Positions 1-12,249 of a DNA stretch of 32,000 nucleotides are shown in pieces. The notes under the pieces are model-generated. The model saw only the letters and a program-made list of their open reading frames with translations, made no database searches and was not told the DNA's origin. Position 1 is the first letter of the stretch. The number at the start of each line of letters is the position of its first letter. The translations under genes were made by a program, and so were the position numbers. This DNA is from Escherichia coli (GTDB lineage: Bacteria > Pseudomonadota > Gammaproteobacteria > Enterobacterales > Enterobacteriaceae): assembly GCF_048571485.1 (NCBI RefSeq), contig NZ_CP074911.1; one strand, 5' to 3'.

Positions 1-1795
1 CGGTGCGCTTACGGATTTTGTCCGCCAGCTGCGGCTGCATCATATTGCCGGTACGTTTTTCCAGCAGTTCTGGCAGCGAAATACCGTCAACCATATCCAG
101 CGGGTCGATAACGTTACCCTTGGATTTGGACATTTTCTGGCCTTCGTCGTCACGAATCAGACCGGTCATGTAAACAGTGTGGAACGGCACCTGCGGTTTG
201 CCATTTTCATCTTTGATGAAGTGCATGGTCATCATGATCATGCGGGCAATCCAGAAGAAGATGATGTCGAAGCCGGATACCATCACGCTGGTTGGGTGGA
301 ACTGACGCAGGGCGTCGGTGTTTTCCGGCCAGCCAAGGGTAGAGAAGGTCCACAGCGCAGAAGAGAACCAGGTGTCGAGAACGTCTTCGTCCTGACGCAG
401 GGCAACGTCGGCACCGAGGTTATTTTCCTTGCGCACTTCTTCTTCGTTGCGGCCAACATAAACATTACCCGCTTCGTCATACCATGCCGGGATACGGTGA
501 CCCCACCACAGCTGACGAGAGATACACCAGTCCTGAATATCGCGCATCCAGGAGAAATACATGTTTTCGTACTGCTTCGGTACGAACTGAATGTCGCCGT
601 TCTCAACCGCTTCAACCGCCGGTTTCGCCAGTACATCGGCACGCACGTACCACTGGTCGGTCAGCATTGGTTCGATAACTACGCCGCCACGGTCGCCGTA
701 AGGAACGGTCAGGTCGTGCGGTTTAATTTCTTCCAGCAGGCCGAGTGCGTCAACCGCAGCAACGACTGCTTTACGTGCGGCAAAACGCTCCAGTTTCTGG
801 AATTCTGCCGGGATCTCGCTGGAATAAACGTCAGATTCGTTACCTTTGGTATCGAACACCTGGGCGCTTTCACGGATATCGCCGTCAAAGGTCAGGATGT
901 TGATCATCGGCAGGGCGTGACGTTTACCGACTTCATAGTCGTTAAAGTCGTGCGCCGGGGTGATCTTCACGCAGCCGGTGCCTTTTTCCATGTCGGCGTG
1001 TTCGTCGCCAACGATCGGAATACGACGGTTAACCAGCGGTAGAATGACATATTTGCCAATCAGGTCTTTGTAACGCGGATCTTCCGGGTTAACGGCTACA
1101 CCGGTATCGCCCAGCAGGGTTTCCGGACGGGTAGTCGCAACCACCAGGTAATCTTTACCGTCTGCGGTTTTCGCACCGTCAGCCAGCGGATAGCGGATGT
1201 GCCACATCGAACCTTTCGATTCGCGGTTTTCCACTTCCAGGTCAGAGATAGCGGTGCGCAGTTTCGGGTCCCAGTTTACCAGGCGTTTGCCACGGTAAAT
1301 CAGGTCTTCTTTATACAGACGAACGAAAACTTCTTTCACCGCATTGGACAGGCCTTCGTCCATCGTGAAGCGTTCACGCTCCCAGTCGACGGAGTTGCCG
1401 AGACGGCGCATCTGACGGGTAATCGTGCCGCCGGATTCCGCTTTCCATTCCCAGATTTTGTCGATGAAAGCTTCGCGGCCGTAGTCGTGACGGGTTTTAC
1501 CTTCTTCTGCGGCAATCTTGCGCTCAACGACCATCTGGGTAGCGATCCCGGCGTGGTCAGTACCGACCTGCCACAGGGTGTTTTTGCCCTGCATGCGCTG
1601 ATAGCGTATCATGGTATCCATGATGGTTTGCTGGAAGGCGTGACCCATATGCAAACTGCCGGTGACGTTCGGCGGCGGGATCATGATGCAGAAACTTTCC
1701 TGGCTTTCATCGCCATTAGGCTTAAAGTAGCCCTGCTTTTCCCAGTGCTCGTAAAGCGGCTGTTCGATATCTTGTGGGTTATATGTCTTTTCCAT
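1..1795 (-). CDS. valS: Valyl-tRNA synthetase, N-terminal part (gene runs off the left edge)
   Basis: The minus strand reads [26 protein letters not shown] from the ATG at 1795. The track ORFs in this interval are antisense or other-frame shadows. Confidence 0.95.
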
Positions 1796-2238
1796 TATTT
1801 CCAGGTTGCCGTATTCAGGTTGAAACCAGCCACGCGGTAGGCTTTATAGCGTTCGCGCGCCAGTTGTTTCAGAGAATCTTCATAAGGAACGAAGTCTACC
1901 ACTTCTGTGAAAGCGGTGGCAAAATCTGCAAAGCATGTTCGCAGACTAATCAATATATCGCGCGGGCTGCTGCTGCGTTTTTGCGGCCAGGCGATCTCCA
2001 CCGGCGCACCGCCACGCGGTCCTTCTCCCGCTAAATTATGCGGAACAAAGCTTTCTGCCGGACGCGCCCACAGGGCTTCATCCAGCCGGTAAGCCTGCTT
2101 TTCATCTTCACAGGCGATGAGCACGCGCTTACCGCTGCGCCAACGTTCTGCGGCAATTTCACACACCAGTTGCTCAACGGCGCTTAAGCCATCGACGGTG
2201 GTGTCATTGTCCAGAAGGTAGAACGTCGCGTTTTTCAT
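1795..2238 (-). CDS. holC: DNA polymerase III chi subunit
   Basis: 147-aa [29 protein letters not shown]..., overlapping the start of valS as in E. coli. Confidence 0.95.
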
Positions 2239-2290
2239 AAATGGGGCTTCTTGTGGTGGATTTAAATACGCATCAGGTATACACCGCAGC

Positions 2291-2590
<300 letters not shown>

Positions 2591-2591
2591 A

Positions 2592-4106
<1,515 letters not shown>

Positions 4107-4369
4107 CTACGCTCCTGAATCTTAAAGACAACGGCGGTGGCTACAGATAGAATTGCAAGCTTTCGTAACTCATGTCCGCTGTTGCGATGACTTCGTGTTA
4201 ATCTTAACGTTATTACGGCATTGGCACGTCAGAACAAAATCTGAGAGGTGAATCCGTTGAGTATAATTATCTTAGCGACGATTTCGACGACTCAAGAGAA
4301 TAAATGACGTTTAAGCCATGAAACAAGCTAAAATCCTGCAAAAGACGAGTTTTTACGGGCGTATTTAAA

Positions 4370-5470
4370 GTGATAATCATAAGATATCTGGTGCGGGAGA
4401 CGCTCAAAAGCCAGCTGGCGATACTCTTCATCTTGCTTTTGATCTTCTTCTGTCAAAAGTTAGTGAGGATCCTCGGCGCAGCGGTTGACGGCGATATTCC
4501 GGCGAATCTGGTGCTCTCCCTTCTCGGGTTGGGCGTGCCGGAAATGGCGCAGCTTATCCTGCCATTAAGCCTGTTCCTCGGGCTGCTGATGACGCTGGGC
4601 AAACTGTATACCGAAAGTGAAATTACGGTAATGCATGCCTGCGGCCTGAGCAAAGCGGTTCTGGTGAAAGCGGCAATGATCCTTGCGGTATTCACGGCAA
4701 TCGTCGCGGCGGTTAACGTGATGTGGGCGGGACCGTGGTCATCGCGTCATCAGGATGAAGTGTTAGCAGAAGCGAAAGCGAACCCTGGCATGGCGGCGCT
4801 GGCGCAAGGGCAATTCCAGCAAGCGACTAATGGCAGCTCGGTGCTGTTCATCGAAAGCGTTGACGGCAGCGATTTCAAAGATGTGTTCCTCGCACAAATT
4901 CGACCAAAAGGTAATGCACGTCCTTCTGTGGTGGTGGCCGATTCCGGACATTTAACCCAGCTGCGCGACGGCTCCCAGGTCGTCACTCTCAACCAGGGAA
5001 CGCGCTTCGAAGGCACTGCACTGTTACGTGATTTCCGCATTACGGATTTCCAGGATTATCAGGCGATCATTGGTCACCAGGCGGTGGCGCTCGACCCGAA
5101 CGATACCGACCAGATGGACATGTGCACATTGTGGAACACTGACACCGATCGTGCTCGCGCAGAACTGAACTGGCGTATCACGTTGGTATTCACCGTGTTT
5201 ATGATGGCACTTATGGTCGTACCGCTGAGCGTGGTTAACCCACGTCAGGGACGCGTACTGTCGATGCTGCCAGCCATGCTGCTGTATCTACTTTTCTTCC
5301 TGATCCAGACCTCCCTGAAATCGAACGGCGGTAAAGGTAAGCTGGACCCGACGCTGTGGATGTGGACCGTTAACCTGATTTATCTGGCTTTGGCGATTGT
5401 TCTCAACCTTTGGGACACCGTGCCGGTCCGCCGCCTGCGCGCCAGTTTTTCGCGTAAAGGAGCGGTGTGA
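4370..5470 (+). CDS. lptF: LPS export ABC transporter permease LptF
   Basis: 366-aa ORF MIIIRYLVRETLKSQLAILFILLLIFFCQK...; divergent from pepA and followed by lptG. Confidence 0.97.
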   Translation: MIIIRYLVRETLKSQLAILFILLLIFFCQKLVRILGAAVDGDIPANLVLSLLGLGVPEMAQLILPLSLFLGLLMTLGKLYTESEITVMHACGLSKAVLVKAAMILAVFTAIVAAVNVMWAGPWSSRHQDEVLAEAKANPGMAALAQGQFQQATNGSSVLFIESVDGSDFKDVFLAQIRPKGNARPSVVVADSGHLTQLRDGSQVVTLNQGTRFEGTALLRDFRITDFQDYQAIIGHQAVALDPNDTDQMDMCTLWNTDTDRARAELNWRITLVFTVFMMALMVVPLSVVNPRQGRVLSMLPAMLLYLLFFLIQTSLKSNGGKGKLDPTLWMWTVNLIYLALAIVLNLWDTVPVRRLRASFSRKGAV

Positions 5471-6552
5471 TGCAACCTTTTGGCGTACTTGACCGCTATA
5501 TCGGTAAAACTATTTTCACCACCATCATGATGACGCTGTTCATGCTGGTGTCGCTGTCGGGCATTATCAAATTTGTCGATCAGTTGAAAAAAGCCGGGCA
5601 GGGGAGTTACGACGCGTTAGGCGCAGGAATGTATACCTTGCTGAGCGTGCCGAAAGATGTGCAAATCTTCTTCCCGATGGCGGCTCTGCTTGGGGCGTTG
5701 CTTGGTCTTGGGATGCTGGCGCAGCGCAGCGAACTGGTGGTGATGCAGGCTTCTGGTTTTACCCGTATGCAGGTGGCGCTGTCGGTGATGAAAACCGCCA
5801 TTCCGCTGGTCTTGCTGACGATGGCGATTGGCGAATGGGTCGCGCCGCAGGGCGAGCAGATGGCGCGTAACTACCGTGCGCAGGCGATGTACGGCGGCTC
5901 GTTGCTCTCTACCCAGCAAGGCTTATGGGCGAAAGATGGCAACAACTTCGTCTACATTGAGCGGGTTAAAGGTGACGAAGAGTTAGGTGGCATCAGCATT
6001 TATGCCTTTAACGAAAATCGTCGTCTGCAATCCGTACGCTATGCCGCTACTGCGAAGTTTGACCCGGAACATAAAGTCTGGCGTCTGTCGCAGGTTGATG
6101 AATCTGATCTGACCAATCCGAAACAGATCACCGGTTCGCAGACGGTGAGCGGCACCTGGAAAACCAACCTCACGCCAGACAAACTGGGCGTGGTGGCGCT
6201 GGACCCGGATGCACTCTCAATCAGCGGTTTGCACAACTACGTGAAGTATCTGAAGTCGAGCGGTCAGGATGCCGGACGTTATCAGCTCAATATGTGGAGC
6301 AAAATCTTCCAGCCGCTATCCGTGGCGGTGATGATGCTGATGGCGCTGTCGTTCATCTTTGGCCCACTGCGTAGCGTACCGATGGGCGTGCGTGTGGTCA
6401 CCGGTATCAGCTTCGGTTTTGTCTTCTACGTACTGGACCAGATCTTCGGCCCGCTGACGTTGGTTTACGGCATCCCGCCGATTATCGGCGCACTGTTGCC
6501 AAGCGCCAGCTTCTTCTTAATCAGCCTGTGGCTGTTAATGAGAAAATCGTAA
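5470..6552 (+). CDS. lptG: LPS export ABC transporter permease LptG
   Basis: MQPFGVLDRYIGKTIFTTIMMTLFMLVSLSG..., 360 aa. The track start at 5467 adds one Met. Confidence 0.97.
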   Translation: MQPFGVLDRYIGKTIFTTIMMTLFMLVSLSGIIKFVDQLKKAGQGSYDALGAGMYTLLSVPKDVQIFFPMAALLGALLGLGMLAQRSELVVMQASGFTRMQVALSVMKTAIPLVLLTMAIGEWVAPQGEQMARNYRAQAMYGGSLLSTQQGLWAKDGNNFVYIERVKGDEELGGISIYAFNENRRLQSVRYAATAKFDPEHKVWRLSQVDESDLTNPKQITGSQTVSGTWKTNLTPDKLGVVALDPDALSISGLHNYVKYLKSSGQDAGRYQLNMWSKIFQPLSVAVMMLMALSFIFGPLRSVPMGVRVVTGISFGFVFYVLDQIFGPLTLVYGIPPIIGALLPSASFFLISLWLLMRKS

Positions 6553-6560
6553 CCAAGCAA

Positions 6561-6580
6561 GGGAGCGAAAGCTCCCTTTC
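6561..6580 (+). terminator. Intrinsic terminator after lptG
   Basis: GGGAGC-GAAA-GCTCCC followed by TTTC. Confidence 0.7.
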
Positions 6581-6670
6581 ACATTGTTGATAAAGTCAAA
6601 TACGAGTTCGATCGGTCCCCTCGCCCCTTTGGGGAGAGGGTTAGGGTGAGGGGGACAGATCGCGCCTGAC

Positions 6671-8173
6671 TTACCTTCTTCTCCCTCCCAGCAAACTCCC
6701 CAACATCCCGCGTACAATCTGATTCGTCACCTGGCGAGCGGCGCTTTTGGCCATTGTCTGCACCACACCATCTTTCTTCCCGCCGCGTGGTCCGGTAGTG
6801 CCGAACAAAATATCCTTCAATCCACCAAGAATGCCGTCATCTACCGCTATCTCTTTCCCTTTCGCTGGAGGATTATTTTGCTGTTCAATACTCGCCTGTA
6901 CGCCTTTTTGCAACATCTCATAGGCGGATTCCCGGTCCACGTCATCCTCGTACTTGCCATACACCGGGGAGTGGTTAATCAAGCCATTGCGCTCATCTTC
7001 CGTCACCGGTCCCATCCGCGAACAAGGCGCAATCACCATCGCCCGTTCCACCACAGAAGGACTTCCTTTTGCATCGAGAAACGAGATTAACGCCTCGCCG
7101 GTCCCCAGTTCCTGGATTGCCTTTTCGGTATCAAACGCCGGATTGGCCCGCATGGTTTGCGCCGCAGCTTTTACCGCTTTCTGATCTTTTGGCGTAAAAG
7201 CCCGCAAAGCGTGCTGAACGCGATTACCGAGCTGGCCGAGCACATTATCCGGAATATCAGACGGGTTTTGCGAAACGAACCAGACGCCCACGCCTTTTGA
7301 GCGAATAAGCCTTATCACCTGCTCAATCTTATCCAGCAGTACCTGCGGTGCATCGTTAAACAGCAGATGTGCTTCGTCGAAGAAAAACACCAGTTTTGGC
7401 TTCTCCAGATCGCCCGCTTCCGGCAATTGTTCATACAACTCTGAAATCATCCACAGCAGGCTGGCGGCGTACAGTTTCGGCATCTGATAAAGCTTCTCGG
7501 CGCTGAGGATATTAATAACGCCTTTACCGTTGGCATCGGTGCGCATCAAGTCTTTGATATCCAGCATCGGCTCACCAAAGAAGTGTGCTGCGCCTTGCTG
7601 TTCCAGCGACAACAGCCCGCGCTGGATGGCACCAACCGATGCGCTACTGATATTTCCGTACTGATTCTGGAAAGATTTGGCGTTATCGCCGATGTACTGG
7701 GTAATCGCCCGCAGATCTTTAAAGTCGAGCAGTAACAGCCCCTGATCGTCAGCAATTCGGAAGATGATATTCAGCACGCCAGATTGCACATCGTTGAGAT
7801 TCAACAGCCGCGCCAGCAACAGCGGCCCCAGATCCGAAACCGTCGCCCGCACCGGATGGCCTTTCTCGCCAAAGATATCCCACACCACCACCGGATTAGC
7901 ATGCGGTTGCCAGTCATTTACGCCGATATTTTTAAGCCTTGCGAGCAGTTTTTCCGACGCCGTTCCTGCCTGCGCGATACCGGTCAGATCGCCTTTCACA
8001 TCGGCCATAAACACCGGCACGCCGATTTCCGATAGAGACTCCGCCAGTTTTTGCAGCGTGACAGTTTTACCCGTCCCCGTTGCGCCAGTAATCAGCCCGT
8101 GACGGTTAGCCATTCCCGGCAGTAAAAACAGTTCTGTGTCCGGCGTGCGGGCAATTAACAGGGGTTCGCTCAT
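6671..8173 (-). CDS. yjgR: HerA/DUF853-type P-loop ATPase YjgR
   Basis: [47 protein letters not shown]... contains Walker A GATGTGKT. The track ORF extends further upstream to 8221. Confidence 0.93.
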   Translation of the reverse strand: MSEPLLIARTPDTELFLLPGMANRHGLITGATGTGKTVTLQKLAESLSEIGVPVFMADVKGDLTGIAQAGTASEKLLARLKNIGVNDWQPHANPVVVWDIFGEKGHPVRATVSDLGPLLLARLLNLNDVQSGVLNIIFRIADDQGLLLLDFKDLRAITQYIGDNAKSFQNQYGNISSASVGAIQRGLLSLEQQGAAHFFGEPMLDIKDLMRTDANGKGVINILSAEKLYQMPKLYAASLLWMISELYEQLPEAGDLEKPKLVFFFDEAHLLFNDAPQVLLDKIEQVIRLIRSKGVGVWFVSQNPSDIPDNVLGQLGNRVQHALRAFTPKDQKAVKAAAQTMRANPAFDTEKAIQELGTGEALISFLDAKGSPSVVERAMVIAPCSRMGPVTEDERNGLINHSPVYGKYEDDVDRESAYEMLQKGVQASIEQQNNPPAKGKEIAVDDGILGGLKDILFGTTGPRGGKKDGVVQTMAKSAARQVTNQIVRGMLGSLLGGRRR

Positions 8174-8302
8174 GAGATTTCCTCCAGTTTCCTGCCTGGA
8201 GTATAGGCAACGGCTGTGCACTCTTCACCGCTAAATTCAGCAGATTGCGAGACGCCTTCCAAAGAGATTTAAGTGCCGGGCGACAGGCTCCCGGCAAAGG
8301 GA

Positions 8303-9322
8303 TCAGAAGTCGGCTTTCAGGACCACGCGGTAGCGCGCTTTACCATCGCGTACATGCTGGATGGCGTCGTTAATTTTCGACATCGGGAACAGTTCGGTGG
8401 TCGGCGCAACCTTGCTGCGGGCGGCAAAACGCATCAGCTTACGCAGCTCATAAGGCGTGCCGGTAGCAGAACCAGAGATGCTGCGGTCGCCCGCAATTAA
8501 CGTAAAGGCCGGAACAGACAGCGGCGTGAGAACCGCACCGACCGTATGGAAATTACCGCCATAGGTCAGCGCCTCAAAATAAGGCTGCCAGTCGAGGCTG
8601 ACGTTCACAGTATTGATAATGAGATCAAACTGCCCCGACAGGGCTTTCAGTGCCTGCGGATCGCGGCTATTCACCACTTTATCGGTACCCATCGCCAGTA
8701 CTTCCTGCTCTTTCGCCGGATTAGAACTAAAGGCCGTCACCTCGCATCCCATTGCGTGCAGAAGTTTTATAGCGATATGCCCCAGCCCGCCAATACCAAT
8801 TACCCCAACGCGGCTGGTAGCAGTGATATGGTGCATCAACAGTGGTTTAAAGACCGTGATACCGCCGCACAACAGCGGCCCGGCGGACTCGATATCAATA
8901 TTTTCTGGCAGTGGAATCACCCATTGCCAGTCCGCACGCAACTTCTCGGCAAAGCCACCGCGATTCATAATCGTCGGCACCGCACCTTGCTCGCAGTTGA
9001 TCTGATTACCGCTAATACAGGTGTCGCAGTGACCACAGCTACGCGCCGTCCAGCCAATCCCGACACGCTGACCGACCTGCAAACCTTTATCCTGCGCGGC
9101 GCTCCCGAGTGCCACCACGCGCCCAATCACCTCATGCCCGGCAACCAGCGGATATTGTGAAAATCCCCATTCGTTATCGATCATCGACAGATCGGAATGA
9201 CAAATCCCGCAGTAATCCACCTGCACTTCAACATCTTGTGGCTTCAGCTCACCGGGATCGTACTCATAAACTTCCAGTTCGCCGCCCGCTTCTTTTGCGG
9301 CATAGCTTTTTATCATCGACAT
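8303..9322 (-). CDS. ahr: NADPH-dependent zinc alcohol/aldehyde reductase
   Basis: [48 protein letters not shown]..., 339 aa, zinc MDR family. Confidence 0.94.
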   Translation of the reverse strand: MSMIKSYAAKEAGGELEVYEYDPGELKPQDVEVQVDYCGICHSDLSMIDNEWGFSQYPLVAGHEVIGRVVALGSAAQDKGLQVGQRVGIGWTARSCGHCDTCISGNQINCEQGAVPTIMNRGGFAEKLRADWQWVIPLPENIDIESAGPLLCGGITVFKPLLMHHITATSRVGVIGIGGLGHIAIKLLHAMGCEVTAFSSNPAKEQEVLAMGTDKVVNSRDPQALKALSGQFDLIINTVNVSLDWQPYFEALTYGGNFHTVGAVLTPLSVPAFTLIAGDRSISGSATGTPYELRKLMRFAARSKVAPTTELFPMSKINDAIQHVRDGKARYRVVLKADF

Positions 9323-9517
9323 TTTTGGGTCCTTCTCTGGTGTTGTTTGGGAAGTGTAGAGCATGGCAGGGCGGGGTGCCTGGAGTGTGACAAAGGTTAC
9401 ATATCGCTGAGTGTAATGCTGAAAATTTCAGCACTTAGCGAGGTGGGTGCAAGCTGGCGCTTGCATGGTGGCGTGCGACAGGTATAATCCACAACGTTTT
9501 CCGCATACCTCTTCAGT

Positions 9518-9602
9518 GCCGAAGTGGCGAAATCGGTAGACGCAGTTGATTCAAAATCAACCGTAGAAATACGTGCCGGTTCGAGTCCGGCCTTCGGCAC
9601 CA
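9518..9602 (+). tRNA. leuX: tRNA-Leu (CAA), integration target
   Basis: gccgaagtggcgaaatcggtagacgcagttgattcaaaatcaaccg...ggttcgagtccggccttcggcacca: 85 nt, cloverleaf-compatible, CAA anticodon, encoded CCA. Confidence 0.97.
9582..9602. repeat. attL-like core (3' end of leuX)
   Basis: cgagtccggccttcggcacca, partner of the imperfect copy at 23593-23612. Confidence 0.75.
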
Positions 9603-9765
9603 TTAGTACTTCCAAGACCATCCGAGAAAATCCAGCAAACCCTTTAAAATCAATGCCTGTAGCGGTTTTTCTGTCCTGAGCTGTCCGAGCTAGTCCGTTG
9701 AAATCCGGATGCTATTGGGGGCATAATTGGGGGCATCTTAACTTCGATTAGAAATGTGCCCCCAA

Positions 9766-11028
9766 ATGAAGCTCAACGCCAGACAGGTCGAGACAGCAAA
9801 GCCAAAAGAGAAAACCTACAAAATGGCCGATGGCGGCGGTTTGTATCTCGAGGTTTCGGCTAAGGGTTCTAAATACTGGCGCATGAAATACAGACGCCCC
9901 TCTGACAAAAAAGAGGATCGCCTCGCTTTTGGTGTTTGGCCCATGGTGACACTTGCTCAGGCAAGAGCAAAGCGTGACGAGGCTAAAAAGCTCTTAGTGC
10001 AGGGCATTGACCCAAAAGCCGAGCAGAAAGAAGCTCAGGCTGAGAATTCGGGCGCATACACTTTCGAAACAATTGCTCGTGAATGGCATGCCAGTAATAA
10101 GCGCTGGAGTGAAGACCATCGATCACGCATTCTGCGCTATCTTGAGCTTTATATTTTTCCTCATATCGGTTCGTCCGACATTCGGCAGCTTAAAACCAGC
10201 CACCTGTTAGCCCCGATTAAAAAAGTTGATGCCAGTGGCAAACACGATGTCGCTCAGCGCCTGCAACAGCGCGTCACGGCCATTATGCGTTATGCCGTAC
10301 AGAACGATTACATCGACTCTAATCCAGCCAGTGACATGGCCGGTGCGTTATCTACAACCAAAGCACGACACTATCCAGCTTTACCCTCTAGCCGCTTCTC
10401 TGAGTTTCTTGCACGTCTTGCTGCATATCGTGGTCGTGTAATGACAAGGATCGCGGTCGAGCTTTCCTTACTAACTTTTGTACGTTCCAGTGAGTTACGT
10501 TTCGCGCGATGGGATGAGTTCGACTTCGATAAATCTCTTTGGCGTATACCTGCAAAGCGAGAAGAAATTAAAGGCGTGCGTTACTCGTATCGTGGCATGA
10601 AGATGAAAGAGGAGCATATCGTTCCTCTTAGTCGACAGGCGATGGTTTTGTTAGAGCAACTCAAGCAGATTAGTGGCGATAAAGAGTTACTTTTTCCAGG
10701 GGATCACGACGCGGCCAAAGTTATGAGTGAGAACACAGTAAATAGCGCCTTGCGTGCGATGGGGTATGACACGAAAACTGAGGTCTGTGGGCATGGATTT
10801 AGGACGATGGCGCGTGGCGCGCTTGGTGAATCAGGCTTATGGAGCGATGACGCGATAGAACGGCAGTTGAGTCATACAGAGCGTAACAATGTGCGTGCAG
10901 CATATATTCATACCTCTGAGCATTTAGACGAACGTAGATTAATGGTTCAATGGTGGGCTGATTTTCTTGAGGCCAATCGAAATAACTCTGTTACACCTTA
11001 TGAATTTGCTAAATTCATGGGGAAATAA
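9766..11028 (+). CDS. int: P4-family tyrosine integrase
   Basis: MKLNARQVETAKPKEKTYKMADGGGLYLEVSAKGSKYWRMKYR...; catalytic-region motifs HGFRTMARG and QLSHTERNNVRAAY; immediately downstream of leuX. Confidence 0.96.
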   Translation: MKLNARQVETAKPKEKTYKMADGGGLYLEVSAKGSKYWRMKYRRPSDKKEDRLAFGVWPMVTLAQARAKRDEAKKLLVQGIDPKAEQKEAQAENSGAYTFETIAREWHASNKRWSEDHRSRILRYLELYIFPHIGSSDIRQLKTSHLLAPIKKVDASGKHDVAQRLQQRVTAIMRYAVQNDYIDSNPASDMAGALSTTKARHYPALPSSRFSEFLARLAAYRGRVMTRIAVELSLLTFVRSSELRFARWDEFDFDKSLWRIPAKREEIKGVRYSYRGMKMKEEHIVPLSRQAMVLLEQLKQISGDKELLFPGDHDAAKVMSENTVNSALRAMGYDTKTEVCGHGFRTMARGALGESGLWSDDAIERQLSHTERNNVRAAYIHTSEHLDERRLMVQWWADFLEANRNNSVTPYEFAKFMGK

Positions 11029-11457
11029 TGTAACTGAAATATTATACATTAACTAATTTGGTAATTGTGTGAGAGAATTATATAATAATAAATTGAAATG
11101 CTCTTTTAAAATGCGGGAAAACCTCAACCAAGGGGCATTATTTTAGAGCGAGGTGCAATGGCCATTCTGAGATGATAGTGAAAAAACAAAAAGTGTTCAA
11201 ACGGTATGGCTTTTGTTATAGAAACCAGCCGACTAACTCTGTTCATTACAGTTTTAGTCGGTGTGGTTTTATCATTTTTTAGATACATTACTAGTCTGGA
11301 TCGTAATTCTTTCTATAAAACTTTTTTTCAACTTTTCCTTTTCCTTTTGACTTAAATCTGTAACTCCATTAATTCCTAATAAATTAAGCAATTGGTATTT
11401 TATTTCTAGGATATCTACTAATTGGTCAGAAAAAACATCTAGGTCATCATGGTTAAA

Positions 11458-12111
11458 TTACACATATGATAAACGTTCAATGAGTAAATTAGCAGTATGT
11501 ACTGCAAATGATTTTATATTTTTATCATGTGAAGTTAAATCATTTTTTATGGATTCTATGTTCTTCTTAATATCATTAACTTGTTCCTCATACTTACCGG
11601 AGAATCCTATGTTAACATTTGAACCAACTAACCTTGCTTTGAGGTGTTTCTTTTTGATTTGAGATGTGGTTATCTTAATTTCAATTAGTAAACACGATAT
11701 GGATTTTTTTATTTTTTGATAGTTATCCTTTGGGCATTCAAAATCAATACGACTGAAGCTTAACGCTTTAATTTGCTGAGAAATATCCTGATCCTCAATT
11801 GAAATGTTTTCCCAGCTGTGAGAGAATTTATTTCTTATTTTTCTAAGAAGTTCAAGATCTTTGTATTGACCCTCTGTTATTAGTCCCAAGGAAAAACAGG
11901 CTTTTATTCGTGAAGAAAATGTTCCAAGGGGGGCATTAAACCCTTCGATTAATTCTTTAGACGCTTTGTTATCGAGCATGAACGTCAAAAGCATTTTACC
12001 TAAGGCGTCTTCAGAGAAAGCCGCTAGAGACAATATTAGGCCTCTTTCATCTAGGCTGTCCAAATAACCGTTCAGTTTGTTTAGATCATTAAATAAATTA
12101 TCTTTATCCAT
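11458..12111 (-). CDS. MltR-family / HEPN-like protein, cargo gene
   Basis: 217 aa with EGFNAPLGTFSSRIKACFSLGLITEGQYKDLELLRKIRNKFSHSWE, resembling the mannitol-repressor (MltR) family. RNKFSH fits the HEPN-type RNxxxH pattern. Confidence 0.75.
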   Translation of the reverse strand: MDKDNLFNDLNKLNGYLDSLDERGLILSLAAFSEDALGKMLLTFMLDNKASKELIEGFNAPLGTFSSRIKACFSLGLITEGQYKDLELLRKIRNKFSHSWENISIEDQDISQQIKALSFSRIDFECPKDNYQKIKKSISCLLIEIKITTSQIKKKHLKARLVGSNVNIGFSGKYEEQVNDIKKNIESIKNDLTSHDKNIKSFAVHTANLLIERLSYV

Positions 12112-12249
12112 TTCTTCTGCCTTATAAATATTTTGAATAAACTATAAGTCGGTTGTTATCATATTTTTATTTTTTTTGTAAAACCATTTAAAAATCAATA
12201 AGTTATTAAATAATTATATTGTTCCCATCTTAAATTTCCTCCTTATTAA

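Noticed and set aside
1-1795. ORFs 179..1042, 1199..1840 and others on the + strand
   Set aside because: They are antisense to valS, whose minus-strand reading is unambiguous; codon-structure shadows.
8613-9160. Plus-strand ORFs over ahr
   Set aside because: Antisense shadows of the zinc dehydrogenase.
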